64,000 nucleotides of DNA from the human T2T-CHM13v2.0 reference genome, Homo sapiens. Shown piece by piece: positions 27,940 through 41,459 of the stretch; within the stretch, counting starts at the first letter, position 1; each line of letters starts with the position of its first letter. Position numbers and translations under genes: made by a program. The notes below the pieces were generated by a model. The model was not told where the DNA came from and did no database searches. It saw only the letters and a list, made by a program, of their open reading frames with translations. Location of the stretch: assembly GCF_009914755.1 (NCBI RefSeq), contig NC_060944.1; one strand, 5' to 3'.

Positions 27940-29638
27940 TTAATACCCTCACAGAGACAAAAGATTGAATTCATGAAACAAGAAGGAAACGCTATTTTTA
28001 AAAAAGAAGATCCTTCAGAGAAGCAAGTGTTCACTCTCATAAAATTATTAGTCAATAGGACAGTCAGAAGGTAAAGGTGAAGGAATATTCCAAAATTTTG
28101 CAAAAGAACATGGGAATAGAAAACAAGAAGTAAGAGGTAAGAAAATTAGAGGCTCCATCCTGGAACCCAACTTCCAACTTGTAGGAGTTTCAGAAAAAGA
28201 AAACAGATTGAATGGAGGGAGAAATTATCCTAATATTAAAATTCTTCAGAAAACTGAAAAGAAAGAAGATACTACAGGTTTTTAAAGGGAAATAAGGGAG
28301 AAAGTTTTACATGCAAAAGAACAGAAATCAGAATAGCCCTGAATTGGCTTAACAGCAATGCTAGAAATATTGCAACTGTGAACAGTGTAGAGCCAAACCT
28401 TGTTTGCCTTCTAAAGGAAAATTACTCTCAAACTAGAATTGGGTTGACTAGTATGAGATAAAATAATGAAGTTTCCAGATTTTAAATGCTTCACAAGTTT
28501 GCTTCCCTTGTATCTCTTTGCAGACATCTCCTGGAGAACTTGCTGCAGGCACACAGCAGTGTGAGCCATGAAGGAGGAAGGCACAGGATCCAGGAAAGGA
28601 GACCTGTCTTAGGAGGGAAGCAACAGCAAGTTCCATGAGAATTTGAAGAGAAGTCCTGTTACAGGATGGGGTCCTGATCCAGACCCCGAGAGAGGGTTCT
28701 TGGATCTCACACAAGAAAGAATTCAGGGCAATTCCACAGGGCAAAGTGAAAGCAAGTTTATTAAGGAAGTAAAGGAATAAAAGAATGGCTACTCTATAGA
28801 CAGAGCAGTCCCAAGGGCTGCTGGTTGCCCATTTTTATGGTTATTTCTTGATGATATGCTAAACAAGGGGTGGATTATTCATGCCTCTCCTTTTTAGACC
28901 ATATGGGGTAACTTCCTGACATTGCCAGGCTGTTTGTAAACTGTCATGGCGCTGGTGAGAGTGTAGTAGTGAAGACAACCAGAGGTCACTCTCGTGGCCA
29001 TCTTGGTTTTGGTGGGTTTTGGCTGGCTCCTTTACTGCAACCTGTTTTATCAGCAAGGTCTTTATGACCTGTGTTTTGTGCTGACCTCCTATCTCATCCT
29101 GTAACCTAGAATGCCTTAGCTGTCTGGGAATGCAGCCCAGTAGGCTTCAGCCTCATTGTACCCAGCTCCCGTTTAAGATGGAATTGCTCTGGTTCACATG
29201 CCTCTGACAGTCCCAGTGGTACAGCCAGCCCGGGAGCCACGGAGAGAGAACCACAAGAAATAACTGAAAAAACTAAAACAAAAAGAAAATTACTCAATAA
29301 GTTACCTGATGTGTTTGTGCAGAGAAAATTTTAGGGTACTTTTCGATAGTTGGGGGAAGACATAATGATGGATCCAAAGAAAATTAAGCAGACTGTTTTC
29401 TAAAGGCAATTATAAACTCCAGGAAAAACAAAAGCTTGTGCAAGAAAGGAAATGATGCCATAAAATACTATATGGTACAGAGATAAACAATATTTATGTG
29501 ACCATAATTATGTAAATACTAAAAAATCACTTTACCAAAAATTATGATCAGTATATCAAGAGCATGTGGGAGAAGTCTATATATGGAGGTGGTGTAAGGT
29601 TTTCAGTCATCATTTTTCATATGAGTGGTCAATAAATA
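27940..29638 (+). mobile_element. HAL1/ancient L1 ORF1-region remnant (interrupted by MER41; resumes near 30490-30720)
   Basis: A-rich; gtaggagtttcagaaaaagaaaacag, aatcagaat...acagcaatgctagaa motifs. Confidence 0.55.
28657..29209 (-). mobile_element. MER41 solo LTR (MER41A by length, 553 bp)
   Basis: gatccagaccccgagagagggttcttggatctc...cctctgaca; perfect 4-bp TSD gtcc. Confidence 0.9.
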
Positions 29639-29639
29639 T

Positions 29640-30478
<839 letters not shown>

Positions 30479-30939
30479 CGGATAAAAGAGTAGAAATAAA
30501 AAGGAGTTTCCTCTGGAGGATATGAGTCCAGATTCAAAGATTTCATCAAGTGTCTAGTACAAGAAATTGCAAAATGATAGATACCAGTTTGTATCCCCAC
30601 TGGGAGGAGGAGCCGGTGGTGGAGAGCAGGGTAGGACACAGCTGCTTTTTATTATCAATCTTGTATTAAAGTTTAACTTTTTATTTACTGTTGTACACAT
30701 ATAAATTCAATTTAAAAAGTAACAAAAGGACAGTTTTCTACAGGGAAAAAAAGTATCAAAAGGCATTCACTGGTATATACACCCCAAAACCATGGAGTGG
30801 CCTGCTTTCAGGTACAGCTGGATTCAGCAGCTCAAATAATGTCACCAAGACCTAAGGTGGCCAACTCAACCTCATTTGCCTGGGACTTTCTCAGTTTTAA
30901 CACTTAAATTTCTGCAGCTTGTGAAAACCCATAGCATAT

Positions 30940-31170
30940 CTTGTCTGAATATTCATGTCCCCTCACCCCCTGCAAATTCATAGGTGGAAATGTTAACTGC
31001 CAAGGTGATGGTATTAGTAGGTGGGGGACTCTGGGGAGTGATTAGGGCGTGAGGACAGAGCCCCCATGAATGAGGTTAGTGCTCTTATTTTTAGAAGGCT
31101 CAAGCGAGTCCCCTCACCCCATCTACCATGTGAAGACACACCAAAAAGGCACTGTCTATGAACCAGTCCC
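30940..31170 (+). mobile_element. MLT1A-like LTR fragment (preceded by MER94-like fragment 30853-30930)
   Basis: caaattcataggtggaa...aaggtgatggtattag...ccatgtgaagacac. Confidence 0.7.
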
Positions 31171-32349
31171 AGGCAAACCACAGTGTCAGTCTCCTCGTCA
31201 GGGCCCCGTTTTCCTCTTTCTCTGATCTGCTTTCTCAGCGTCAGCAGCATCGTGCTCAGATCCCCCGCAAGGTGGCCCTTCAGCAACATGGTGTGACTCT
31301 CCTATCCCAGATACTGACCACCACCGACTTCTCTGCTCTCTTTAAAAAGCGTCTTACTCCAATTTTATTTTCAACCTCCTGCTTTTCACGTTTAAGTTTT
31401 GTAGTAAGTCTTCCTCAAAACCATTTTTTGGAAACAGGCCATCTATAAATCCTAAATAAATAAATGCCTCCCTCTCCTTCCCACAGCTGTCGTGGTGTGG
31501 GAAGAGCGCAGAACGAGCTGGCAGGCTCCCTGATCGGTGGGGACCACCAGGGCACAGTGAATTTTTTAGCCTGAATGATCAGGTTTGCTCATCTAGAGTG
31601 GCCAGAGAGCAGGAAAATGGCCACATCTCCTCCTCGTGCTGCGCTCAGTGGACTACCAGTAAAGTCACTTGTTTTTATTTTAATTCACCCACATCCGGGC
31701 TTGGGCACGAGGCTCTTTCCTGGGTTCCAGTTCAAGTTCTCTGATCAAGAGGCCCCACGTTTGTGATGTTCAAGGCCTGGAGCAGAAGCCAAGAGGAGAA
31801 AAACAAATTGCTGGTCTGTGGGAATAGAATCTAGGTTCCCTCTTACCTGGGCAGGGGAACCATTCCAACAGGCAGAATAGTGCGGGAGTTAGCAGCAGGA
31901 GTTGGGGTGGGACAAATCCGGCCTTAGACCCTGCACTGAGCTGTGAGCCCCTGGCAAGTTACTGTCTCTGGGCCAATCCGCTTTTCTCCTGGGCCATCGA
32001 TAAGTCCATCCGGTGCCTTCGTGTGGGAGGAGGAAGGGTCCTACCTTTCTGGGTAAATGTGACCCCACACACACCTTGGGAGTGGAGCTGGGCTGGGTTT
32101 CAGCACCCACTGTCAGTTGGAGCCAATAACAGCATCTTCCCTTGCAGGCTGGACTGTGATAAAGGATGGAAGTGCTCAGGCCACACCTGGCTCATGGAAG
32201 GTTTGCAATGCACGGCAGCAAACAACTAGCAGAGAGCTTGCCCCTTTTCTGTTTCTAAAGTTGACTGTGTCCTCATATACTTATGTGTGATTGTGAAGCC
32301 CCCCAAACAAATTCAAATCAGTAAATTCAAAATTCAATAAAATAGCTCA

Positions 32350-33052
32350 CCAGAAAATGTAAAATGAAAAAGACAGTATCACACAGTGGCAAGGATGTTG
32401 AGCAAATGGGTCTTCCACATGCTGCTAGTAAGGGTGTAAAAGGTTCAGCCACCTTGGAAAACAGTTAATGGGCAGATTCAACTAAAGTGGATCATTTACA
32501 TATCCTATGGTCCAGCTATGCTATTCCATTTCTAGGATTAGACCCAACAGAATCACAGACATAAGTTCACCAAAAGACATGTTCAAGAATGTTCGTGGTA
32601 GCATTTTCTCATTAGCAAGAAACTAGAAACTACTAAATGCCCATCAACAGTAGAATGGAGAAACCAATTTGCTCCATTCACATCATGGAATATTATACAG
32701 GAATGAAAATGAATGAACTGCAGGAAACACAACTGCATTGGTAAACCTCACACAAACACATCACTGAGAAAAATTTCAGCCACACAAGAGCATATATTAT
32801 GTTATTTTGTTAACATAACTTCCTAAAACAGGCAAAACCAATCTGCAGGGTGAGAATTCAGAGTAGTGGTTTCCCTTGCAGAGGAGGGGACGAAAGCTAT
32901 CAGGGGCACAAGAGCACCTCTGGGAACCACGATGCTGTTTGCTCATCTCTCTCAGGTGCGGAGGGCTCACTTTGGGAGTATTCATTCTTATAATGTTGTG
33001 CCCTTTTGTATGGGTATCACATTTCAATAGAAAATTAAAAATAAAATACAAT
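32350..33052 (+). mobile_element. Old L1 3' region (L1ME-like)
   Basis: ccaccttggaaaacagtt...aagaatgttc...aaatgcccatcaacagtagaatgga. Confidence 0.75.
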
Positions 33053-33109
33053 CACATAAACAGGATCATGGTTCCCCTGTGAACAGGGGTTGTGGGGACT
33101 GGGTTCACG

Positions 33110-33440
33110 GTGACGTCCCTTGTTGCTCTGGTCTCAGCTGAAATGTCACCTTCTCAGAGAAGCCACCTCTGAAAACTGTCCCCAAGCATTGTCGCAATCG
33201 CCAGTCCTCTGTAAACATCCACGAGGGCTTGTTTCTCCTGAGCGGTACTTCCTTTGGGGTGGGCTGTCTTGGGCTTGTTTGGTTGTGTTGGCGGATGATG
33301 TCTCCTCTGTCTCACCTCCCAGACGGTGAGCCCTGAGAGTGGGGCCTTGTCTGTCTTGCTTCCTGCTGCATGCTCGTTTCTAGAACAGTCCCTGGCACAG
33401 AGTAAGGAGCTAAGTGAGTCCTTGTGAGTGTGGATGTTGA
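33110..33440 (+). mobile_element. L2 3' fragment
   Basis: ggtctcagctgaaatgtcaccttctcagagaagcc...ctagaacagtccctggcacagagta. Confidence 0.7.
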
Positions 33441-35662
33441 AAGGGCTAGTCACACATTGATCAACAGAACAGAGGCGTGGAAAGGCACACACCCAAGTCA
33501 GGTTCTGGGGCCAAGCAAGCCCTGAGCAGACAGGAGCCTCAGAGGCCTGGGAGATGAGGCCGCGGGGTGGGTGGTTGAGGCTAGACCATGGTGTGAGAGG
33601 CCCCAGGGCCTCAGGGCCATTTGAGAACCCACCATGAAGGCAATAGGAGGCCACCAAAGTGTCTTCCTGCTGAAAATATATTTTTAATTTTTACATATTT
33701 TTTACATATTTATACTTCATGTATACGTATTTTTCTGATTCTATAAATATGTACTCATTGGAGTCTTAAAACCACAGAAAATCATAAAGAAGGAAATAAA
33801 CATCACTGATAATCCCACCAACCTCATATAAACAATATTAACATTTCGTGTTTTTTTCTTTCAGTTTTATTTATTTATTTCTATACAAAACCCAGCTGTG
33901 ATCAAGGTCCTGAATCCCAGGCATTGAGGCAGAAGGAGATGCCGTGCCAGGTGGATCTGGAAGATGCAGCTGCACGTAGGACTGGAGAGTAGCTGGGGGA
34001 CCGCCAAGGAAGAGGCTGGGATGGAGCCCAAGGAGTGGGCTGGGGGCAGTGAGGCCGGAGAAGAGGGTCCACTTGGACTTCTCAATGGGGAGCAGATTGG
34101 ATGGGACTGAGGCTGGGGTAACGGGAGAAGCCAGGGGCCAGTCTCAAGAGACTAGGAGATGGTGGTGCCCAAAACTTGGGGAGGGGAGAGGATGGCTGCA
34201 GCTTCATGCCTGTTGATGTCAAGGGGCCAGCAGGACCCTGCATGAAGACGTCCACGTGGCCAGAAAGGCAGGCTCTGCCGGCCAAAGCGAGGAGAGAGTG
34301 CTCACGATTCATTATAAAAGTGAGGAAGTGTCCTCTGAGCACGCCTCCAAGGCGGTTCTGCGCAGCTCCTGCTGGGGCAGCTGAGAGCGAACGATGTGCT
34401 GAGTGAACTCCTGAGGTTCAGCAAACCTGCGCAAAGGTTCCAGGGACCCATCTTCTGAGGGGCTTCTCCTGCAGGTGGTCCAGGCAGCCATCAAAGACGG
34501 GGCTGCAGGGGGGTCTGGGGCCCAGGATGACATTTGTTATTCAGTAAGTGAAGAGAGAAGGCTACAAAAATTGAGTATAATCCCTTTTGTATTAAAACAA
34601 CAGCAAAACAATGTAAGTATGGATAGAAAAAAAGTCTAAAAATAAGTATAGCTAATATCCAGTGGAAGGAGAAGGTCAGATTTAAGGACAATTTTTTTTT
34701 TTTACCTTTTCCTGTGTGCCGTTCTTTATTTCCAAATCTAGGACCAAGAATAATAAATGTGAACAAAAGAAGCATTCTGATGATGAACTGTGGGCAGCCA
34801 CAGAAATGCTTAAGGCACGATATTGAAGGTGAGCACCCTTCAATATCCCTGTCCCTGAAGCAGGGACAAGGAGGTCACGGCTGGGCAAGGCTGGGAGGAG
34901 GAGTTCACAGGGCCCACTCTGGCTGAGGACATGGCGGCAGAGGCAGCAGCAGGTGCCTGTGCACCGTGGCTTTGGTTGGGTGTCACATACCAGGTGTGCC
35001 AGGCTCTGCCGCTGCCGCCATGCCTGCACAATCAGACGTGGAGCCCGTCGGACTATTTATACCCCTTGGAACATCAGCAGGCCAGCCAGGAGGCGAAGAC
35101 CTTCGCAACATGTCCAAGGCCCGCAGCTGCTACCCCTCCTCACCCAGGGCTTCCGTGAGGACCTGCTCAGTGTTATCAGTGCACCCACTCCACAGATAAG
35201 AAGCTGTGCCTGGCCCCACTAATGGTATTATTTTAGGGACCACTCAAAGGACAGGCCAGGATTGGGGCCTGGGTCATCTGTCATTCCTTCCTTCATCGAC
35301 ACGCTAAATAAGGGTCAAACAGAGACCAGCACTTGTTTGCAGGGCTGGAGGGGCTCTGCCAAGCTGGAGTATCATCCTCCCCAGAGACTGCTGGGAAAGG
35401 CATTTGCTCAGAGCAGCTATTTCTGTCCCACTCACAGCACCTCTGGGTGACCCACCCACAGGTCAGAGTGACCTTGCAAGGTGGAAGGACAAAGACATTG
35501 CTGCCTAACTCTTGGTGAGAGGGAATGTGTAAGATGGCTTATGCTAAAACCTCCCAAAATAGAGATACCACAGATCTGGATTCTGTTACAAAGGGTCAGA
35601 GCTCAAATATGTAATTTCTCTGCTGGCTTTAGCATTCGAAACCGTTTTTACTCAGCATTTCT

Positions 35663-35974
35663 TTTTTCTTTCTTTCTTTTTTTTTCTTTCGAGACAGAGT
35701 TTCGCTCTTGTTGCCCAGGCTGGAGTGCAACGGTGCAATCTTGGCTCACCGCAACCCTTCTGCCTCCCGGGTTCAAGTGATTCTGCTGCCCCTGCCTCCT
35801 GAGTAGCTGGCATTACAGGCATGTGCCACCATGCCCGGCTAATTTTGTAGTTTTAGTAGAGATGGGGGTTCTCCATGTTGGTCAGGCTGGTCTCCAGCTC
35901 CCAACCTCAGGTGATCAGCCCACCTCGGCCTCCCAAAGTGCTGGGATTATAGGCATGAGCCACCACACCTGGCC
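35663..35974 (-). mobile_element. AluS (Sp/Sq-like)
   Basis: gagtttcgctcttgttgccc; TSD cagcatttct (35653-35662, 35975-35984). Confidence 0.95.
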
Positions 35975-36599
35975 CAGCATTTCTATAATTTAATTGTGTT
36001 AGATATGCACCACCGAGGGTCAAGTACAAGGATGTGGACCTTGGAGCAAATTGTGGCCAAAGTCACCACCCACCATCAGTCTCCACCTTCGCCCCCACAG
36101 ATACCCCCTGCCAACACACACACATGCACGCACACACACACACACATATATAAACTTTTCTTGGGAATTATTTAGTCTGTTACTCAGTGACTTGCTTGTG
36201 GCATTAAACAATGATGTGAGTTTGAGCAAACATGCATCCAAGGTCAGATTCATCACACGTAATGTCCTTCCTAAAGCCACTTCCTTTTCCAGAACGAAAA
36301 AAAGAGCAGAGGAAACAGCTACAGGGTTTGGGATGAGGGTCAGCAGGTAAGGTCACTGCTCTGTGGGGGCACGTGCTCCTGGGCACACCTGAGAACGCTT
36401 TTCACTGATGACCCGAAGATGCGGCCCAGCACTACCAAAGGGGCCAATCAGATGAAGCCCACCCACAGGCCCCCGACTGTAACCTTGACCTGAAAGTGGG
36501 AGGCCCAGAAGACCAGGGTTAAGGCCCTCCCCAGGGTCACTCAACTGTGAGGGGCAGAGCCCACGTGTCCTGATTTCCAGCCTGTTGGTAACAACAATG

Positions 36600-36905
36600 A
36601 CATTTATTCATCAAAACATGTCAAATAAGCTCTGCTGTGTGCCAAACACTGTGCTGGGAACTGGGGACACACAGTGACCAAAATAGACAAAGTTGCTGCT
36701 CTCTAGTCTTCTGTAAGGCATTCCATCGTTGGGTGACAATCAGTATTAAGGAGAGAAAGCAAGTGACAGGGGAAAAGAGATGGTCAGGAGGAGACTCAGG
36801 GGTCAACAGGGGTCAGAAGACTCTGAGAAAGGTGACTTTGGACAAAGACCTCAAGAAGCCTAGGGAATAGCCCTGCAGCTGTCTGCAGAAACAGCATTCC
36901 TGGTC
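36600..36905 (-). mobile_element. L2 fragment
   Basis: catttattcatcaaaacat...tgtgccaaacactgtgct...ctctgagaaaggtgacttt. Confidence 0.7.
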
Positions 36906-36914
36906 CCAGAATCA

Positions 36915-37308
36915 ACCCGCATTCACCAACCTGGAAGCTCTCTGAACCCCTTCTTTCAGGGAGGGGTATGCATGACTGATTAAATCTTTCGCCATTGGTG
37001 ATTAGATCAACCTTCAGCCTCTCTCCCCTCCCCAGGGTCAGGAGGTGGGGCTGAAAGTTCTAACCCTCTAATCAGCATTTCTTTTTTCTTTCTTTCTTTC
37101 TTTTTTTTTTTTTTCGAGACAGAGTTTCGCTCTGGAGGGTTGATTCCATTGGCCATTCAAGGGTTACCTAATTAGCATAAACTCAGGTATGGTCAGGAGA
37201 GGATTGGTCTGAATGACAATCGATGCTCCCATCAGCCCGCTGAGGGGATTCCAAGGGTTTTGGAAACTCTGTGGCAGGACCAAATATTTATTTTTGATTC
37301 TATCACAC
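36915..37308 (-). mobile_element. MER21-like LTR fragment, interrupted at 37072-37133
   Basis: caccaacctggaagctctctgaaccc...gggctgaaagttctaaccctctaatc...attagcataaactcagg. Confidence 0.7.
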
Positions 37309-37309
37309 C

Positions 37310-37680
37310 TTGCACAAAAGACTTTGCAGGTGCGATGGAGTTCAGGATCTTGAGATGAGCAGACTATCCTGAAATATGTGGGTGAGCCCCATGTCATCAC
37401 AGGGTTTCCGTGAGACGGTCAGAGAGAGAGATGACAAGACTGTTGGGAGCAGAGGTCTGAATGAGAGCGAGTGGGGAATGCTTCAGTGCTGGCTGTGAAG
37501 ATGGAGGGAGCGACTGTGAGCTAAAGAGTGGGGGTGCCCAAAAGGCTGGACAAGGCAAGGTTCCTCGGAGCTTCCCGAATAAGCCAGCTCTTCCGAGACG
37601 TCTGACCTTAAAAGAATAAATATGTGTCATTCTAAGGCACTAAGTCTGCAGTCATGTATTACAGCAGTCATAGGAAATGA
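37310..37680 (+). mobile_element. MLT1D-like LTR fragment
   Basis: gactttgcaggtgcgat...aagaataaatatgtgtcattctaaggcactaagt. Confidence 0.7.
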
Positions 37681-38339
37681 AGACCGGGGTGGAGGGGGCA
37701 GACCTAATGCCAGCAGGAGCGGGGGTGTGTCCTGCATGGCCTTTCTGGTGATTTTACCCGAGTGAGGGGGGAGCCCTTGGAGGGCTTTAAGCAGAGGACC
37801 CTAAATGTCATCAGATCACGATGGCAGCTTCAATAAGCCAGCTCTGTGATAAATGCTCTGCTGACATCAACTTAATGAATGACCCCAGCAACCTAGAAGG
37901 TTATCATGACTGTGCCCATTTTACAGAAGAGGAAACTAAGGCTTCAAGGAGCTACGTGATGTGCCCGTGGTCACGCAGCTCAGAAAAGCTCCAAATTGTT
38001 CCTTTAAAAAGACACACAAGGTCCTTTGTCCGGTGGCCGTATTTGTTACAGGAGTTTCCCTTCAATAAATTCGCAGCTCTCCATGCCCCTTCCTAGCCTC
38101 CCGCAGGTCCCTGCGGCTCTCATAAGGAGGCAGACGCTGGCAGACCATAGGCTCATGATGGCCAGCCCAGCAGGCTGGATGTCACTGGGGTCTCCAGGAG
38201 GCAGGACAGGGCTCAACCCCAGCTCCTTCACTTGTCCACCTGAAGATCCTTGAGTAAGTGGACCCCAACCCTCGAAACCCCCGGCTTCGCCCCAGGCCTC
38301 AGGCTCCAGCCTCATTGTCTGACTCCAGCTTTTCTGATG

Positions 38340-38515
38340 CAGTGGTTCTCAACTGCGGGTAACTGTGTCCCCCAGGGGACACGTGGCAATGTCTGGGGGA
38401 TGTTACTGGTATCTGGCAGGTAGAAGCCAGGGCTGCTGCTGAACACTTTACAATGCACAGGATGGCCCCACACAAACAGTGCTCCAAACCCTAACGTCAC
38501 TAGTGGCAAGGCTGA
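38340..38515 (+). mobile_element. MER20 (internally deleted)
   Basis: cagtggttctcaac...ccccaggggacac...gctgctgaacactttacaatgcacagg. Confidence 0.75.
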
Positions 38516-38740
38516 CTTCTCCTCTCCAGCTTCACTGCCTTTCCCCAGGAAGGGTCTCCTCTGGCTCTTAGCCTCAGTGTCTCCCTCATCCCTTTAGGCT
38601 TGGGGGCATTTTACATGGATTCCATGCACTCCGCCTTACACAACTTTGTACACGTCCCAGCCCCTTCCCTTCCACCTTCCGCCTTCAGTTGGTCCTAATT
38701 TGAGCCAATTTTGTTTCCTACAGGGATTCTTTGTTAATCC

Positions 38741-38954
38741 TTTTGTTTTGTTTTGTTTTTGTTTTTTTGAGACAGGGTCTTACCTTGTTGCCCAGGCTGG
38801 AGTGCAGTGGCATAATCACATTTCACTGCAGCCTTGAGGACCAATGATCCTTACCTCTCAGCCTCCCAAGTGGAGGGGATTACAGATACATGCCACCACA
38901 CTCGGCTAACCTTTGTATTTTTTGTAGAATGGGGTTTCACTATGTTGCCCAGGC
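38741..38954 (-). mobile_element. 5'-truncated AluJ
   Basis: gagacagggtct...cactgcagccttga...ttcactatgttgcccaggc. Confidence 0.88.
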
Positions 38955-38963
38955 TACTTTGTT

Positions 38964-39275
38964 TTTGTTTTGGTTTTGGTTTTGGTTTTTGAGAGAGTTT
39001 CGCTCTTGTTGTCCAGGCTGGAGTGCAATGGCGCAATCTTGGCTCATTGATTGCAACCTCCGCCTCCCGGATTCAAGAGATTCTCGTGCCTCATCCTCCC
39101 GAGTAGCTGGGATTACAGGCATGCACCACAATACCCAGCTAATTTTTATATTTTTAGCAGAGACGGGGTTTCACCATGTTGGCCAGGCTGGTCTCAAACT
39201 CCTGACCTCAGGTGATCTGCCCGCCTCAGCCTCCCAAAGTGCTGGGATTACTGGCGTAAGCCACCTTGCCCAGCC
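38964..39275 (-). mobile_element. AluS inserted in tandem with AluJ
   Basis: Full dimer; TSD tactttgtt (38955-38963, 39276-39284). Confidence 0.93.
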
Positions 39276-39366
39276 TACTTTGTTAATCTTCTACCTGACA
39301 CCTGCCATTGCCTGAGGGTTTCCTTGATGATGCACTCAGGAGCCTGTCCAGGCAGGGGGACATGTC

Positions 39367-39462
39367 ACCCCAGAGCCCGGAGCCTCCTTCCTCCTGACCC
39401 CAGAGCCTGGGCTTCCTCCCCACTGACTCCAGAGCCCGGGCACCCCTCCCTCCTGACCCCAG
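39367..39462 (+). repeat. Imperfect ~30-bp minisatellite, ~3.2 copies
   Basis: accccagagcc(c/t)gg...cctcctg units starting at 39367, 39397, 39426, 39456. Confidence 0.8.
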
Positions 39463-39580
39463 CATATCCCTCTGCCCAGAACACTGCCTGCAGCTCGCAG
39501 GTGCTCAAGACGGACTTGTTGAATGATGAACGTGGCAGACGCCGAATTGGACTCTGAGTCCTTGCTCTGTCCTTTGGGCA

Positions 39581-39740
39581 CAGGACCAGCTAGAGAATCT
39601 GCGCGGCCCAGGGCAAAATGAAAATGCGGGGCCCTTGTTCAAAAGGTATGAATAAATTCACGACAGCAAGAACAAAAGCATGAAACCAAACTCCAGGCCC
39701 TCCTGCGCACAGAACCTGAGGGACTCTTGGCCGGCCAGTA
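39581..39740. mobile_element. MER45A-like hAT-Tip100 MITE
   Basis: ggcccagggcaaaatgaaaatgcggggcccttgttcaaaa. Confidence 0.75.
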
Positions 39741-40822
39741 GTTCGTACCTGTCTTCCAACTCAGGCTGCCGGTGTGGGTTGGTGATCTGTGGACACCCTC
39801 AGTCCTCACACCAGTCTCCAAGCCACTCAGAGCTAGGCAAGCTCTGAGCCTTGCATTCTGCAGAATCCCGGGCCTAAGATCCGGCCCCATCTCGTCCACC
39901 ATGAGAACCGTGTCTGAGAGGGACGGGGAGAAGCACCGAGACTCAGTCAAGGGACCGTGGCTCTTCCAGCCCAGGCGCATGCTGCCTCCATCCAGATGGC
40001 TGCAGCCACTCCAAAGCTTTGGAGAGTTCTGTGTTTTTCCTCTTCTATTTTTATTTCCTCAAATCCGAGACCAAGAGAGATCAGTGCCAGAGTCCTGGAG
40101 GGGTCTGAGCCAGGAGGAATTGATCCACAGGCAAGAAGAAAAACATGTCCGAAGGAGGTCACTGTGAGTGTCCTTGTCAGGGATAGACGGGCACCAACCC
40201 CAGTGTGGGCTGGGCCCTGACAAGGGCTGGGTCCTGTGAGGGAGGGTTGGTCCTGCCATCAGATGCCCCAGACTAGGGCTGGCCAGGGCCCCCTCTGCAC
40301 TGCCCCACCCTGGAGGAGTTGTTTCCACTGACGCTTGTGTGAACAACTCCCCCTGGGGTTGTGAGGACCCAGCCCAGCAAACGTTTAAAGGTCCCATTTG
40401 GTCTATAGGGGCGCAAAGGCAGTCTGTGGCGCAGCTCTCAGGTTTGTGAGCGTTCAGTGAGTGAGATCAAGTGTGAAGCACTTGTTATGCCTTGAGAAGG
40501 GTCCTTGGCTCAGAGGGAGGGCTCAGAAGCTTTTACTGTCTTTTGCAAAGATTCAGACCAGTCATCCCATCCTCCTTCCCAGGCACATGTAGGATAACTG
40601 GGGTGACAAGTGACTCTATAAAGAATTGAGGGCCTACAGATAATAACGCCAAGCACATAAAACTCAGGTCTCAAATTGTTGAAATCATCGGATGGGGTGG
40701 GGGGATTCTTAGTGGGAGGCCCCTGGATTCCACTGCAGTCCCTGTTGTTTTATTTTGCACCTCCTCTGTACCAGATACTTTATTCTTAGCGCAACCTGCC
40801 GTGTGTGGTGTAGCTTAGGTAC

Positions 40823-41459
40823 TGTGGGAAGCAGAATTCTAAGAGGGCCTCAAAGATTTCTGCCCTCCATATAATCTCCACCCCTTGAATGAATATGGTG
40901 GCTATTGCTCCCCAAAATGAAGGGATTCTGCCCATGTAATTAAGGTCCCTAATCAATTGACTTGGAGTTAAGCAATAGGAGATGATCCTGGGTGGGTCTG
41001 ACCTCATCAGGTGAGCCCTTACAAGAAGTAAGAGATATTGTCCCACTAGCTTTTGAAGGACTCATCAGGTGAGCCCTTGCAAGAAGTAAGAGATATTCTC
41101 CCACTGGCTTTGAAGGATTCGCTGCCAAGTTGCAAGAGGGCCACATGGAAAGGAACTGAGAGAAGCCTCAGGAGCTGGAAGTGACTTGGCTGACAGCCAG
41201 CATGAAGATGGGGGCCTCAGTCCTACAATTCCGAGAGACTGAGTTTGGCCAAAACCTGAATGAGCTTGGACAAAGACCCTGAGCTGCAGATAAGAACACA
41301 GAGCTGACATCTTGCATTTAGCTTTTGTGGGATCCTAAGCAGAGAACCCAGCGAGGCCATACTTGCACTCCTGACCCATGGAAATTTTGAGAATAAATGG
41401 GTGATGTTTTAAACCACTTAAGTCCATCATAACTGTTACAATCATAGGAAACTAATACA
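40823..41459 (+). mobile_element. MLT1E-like solo LTR with internal 58-bp tandem duplication
   Basis: tgtgggaagcagaattctaag...ggaaactaataca. Confidence 0.8.

Noticed and set aside
27161-29209. Provirus between two ERV1 LTRs
   Set aside because: The LTRs are different families (MER4 group and MER41), each with its own TSD; the interval is L1/HAL1-like, not gag/pol/env
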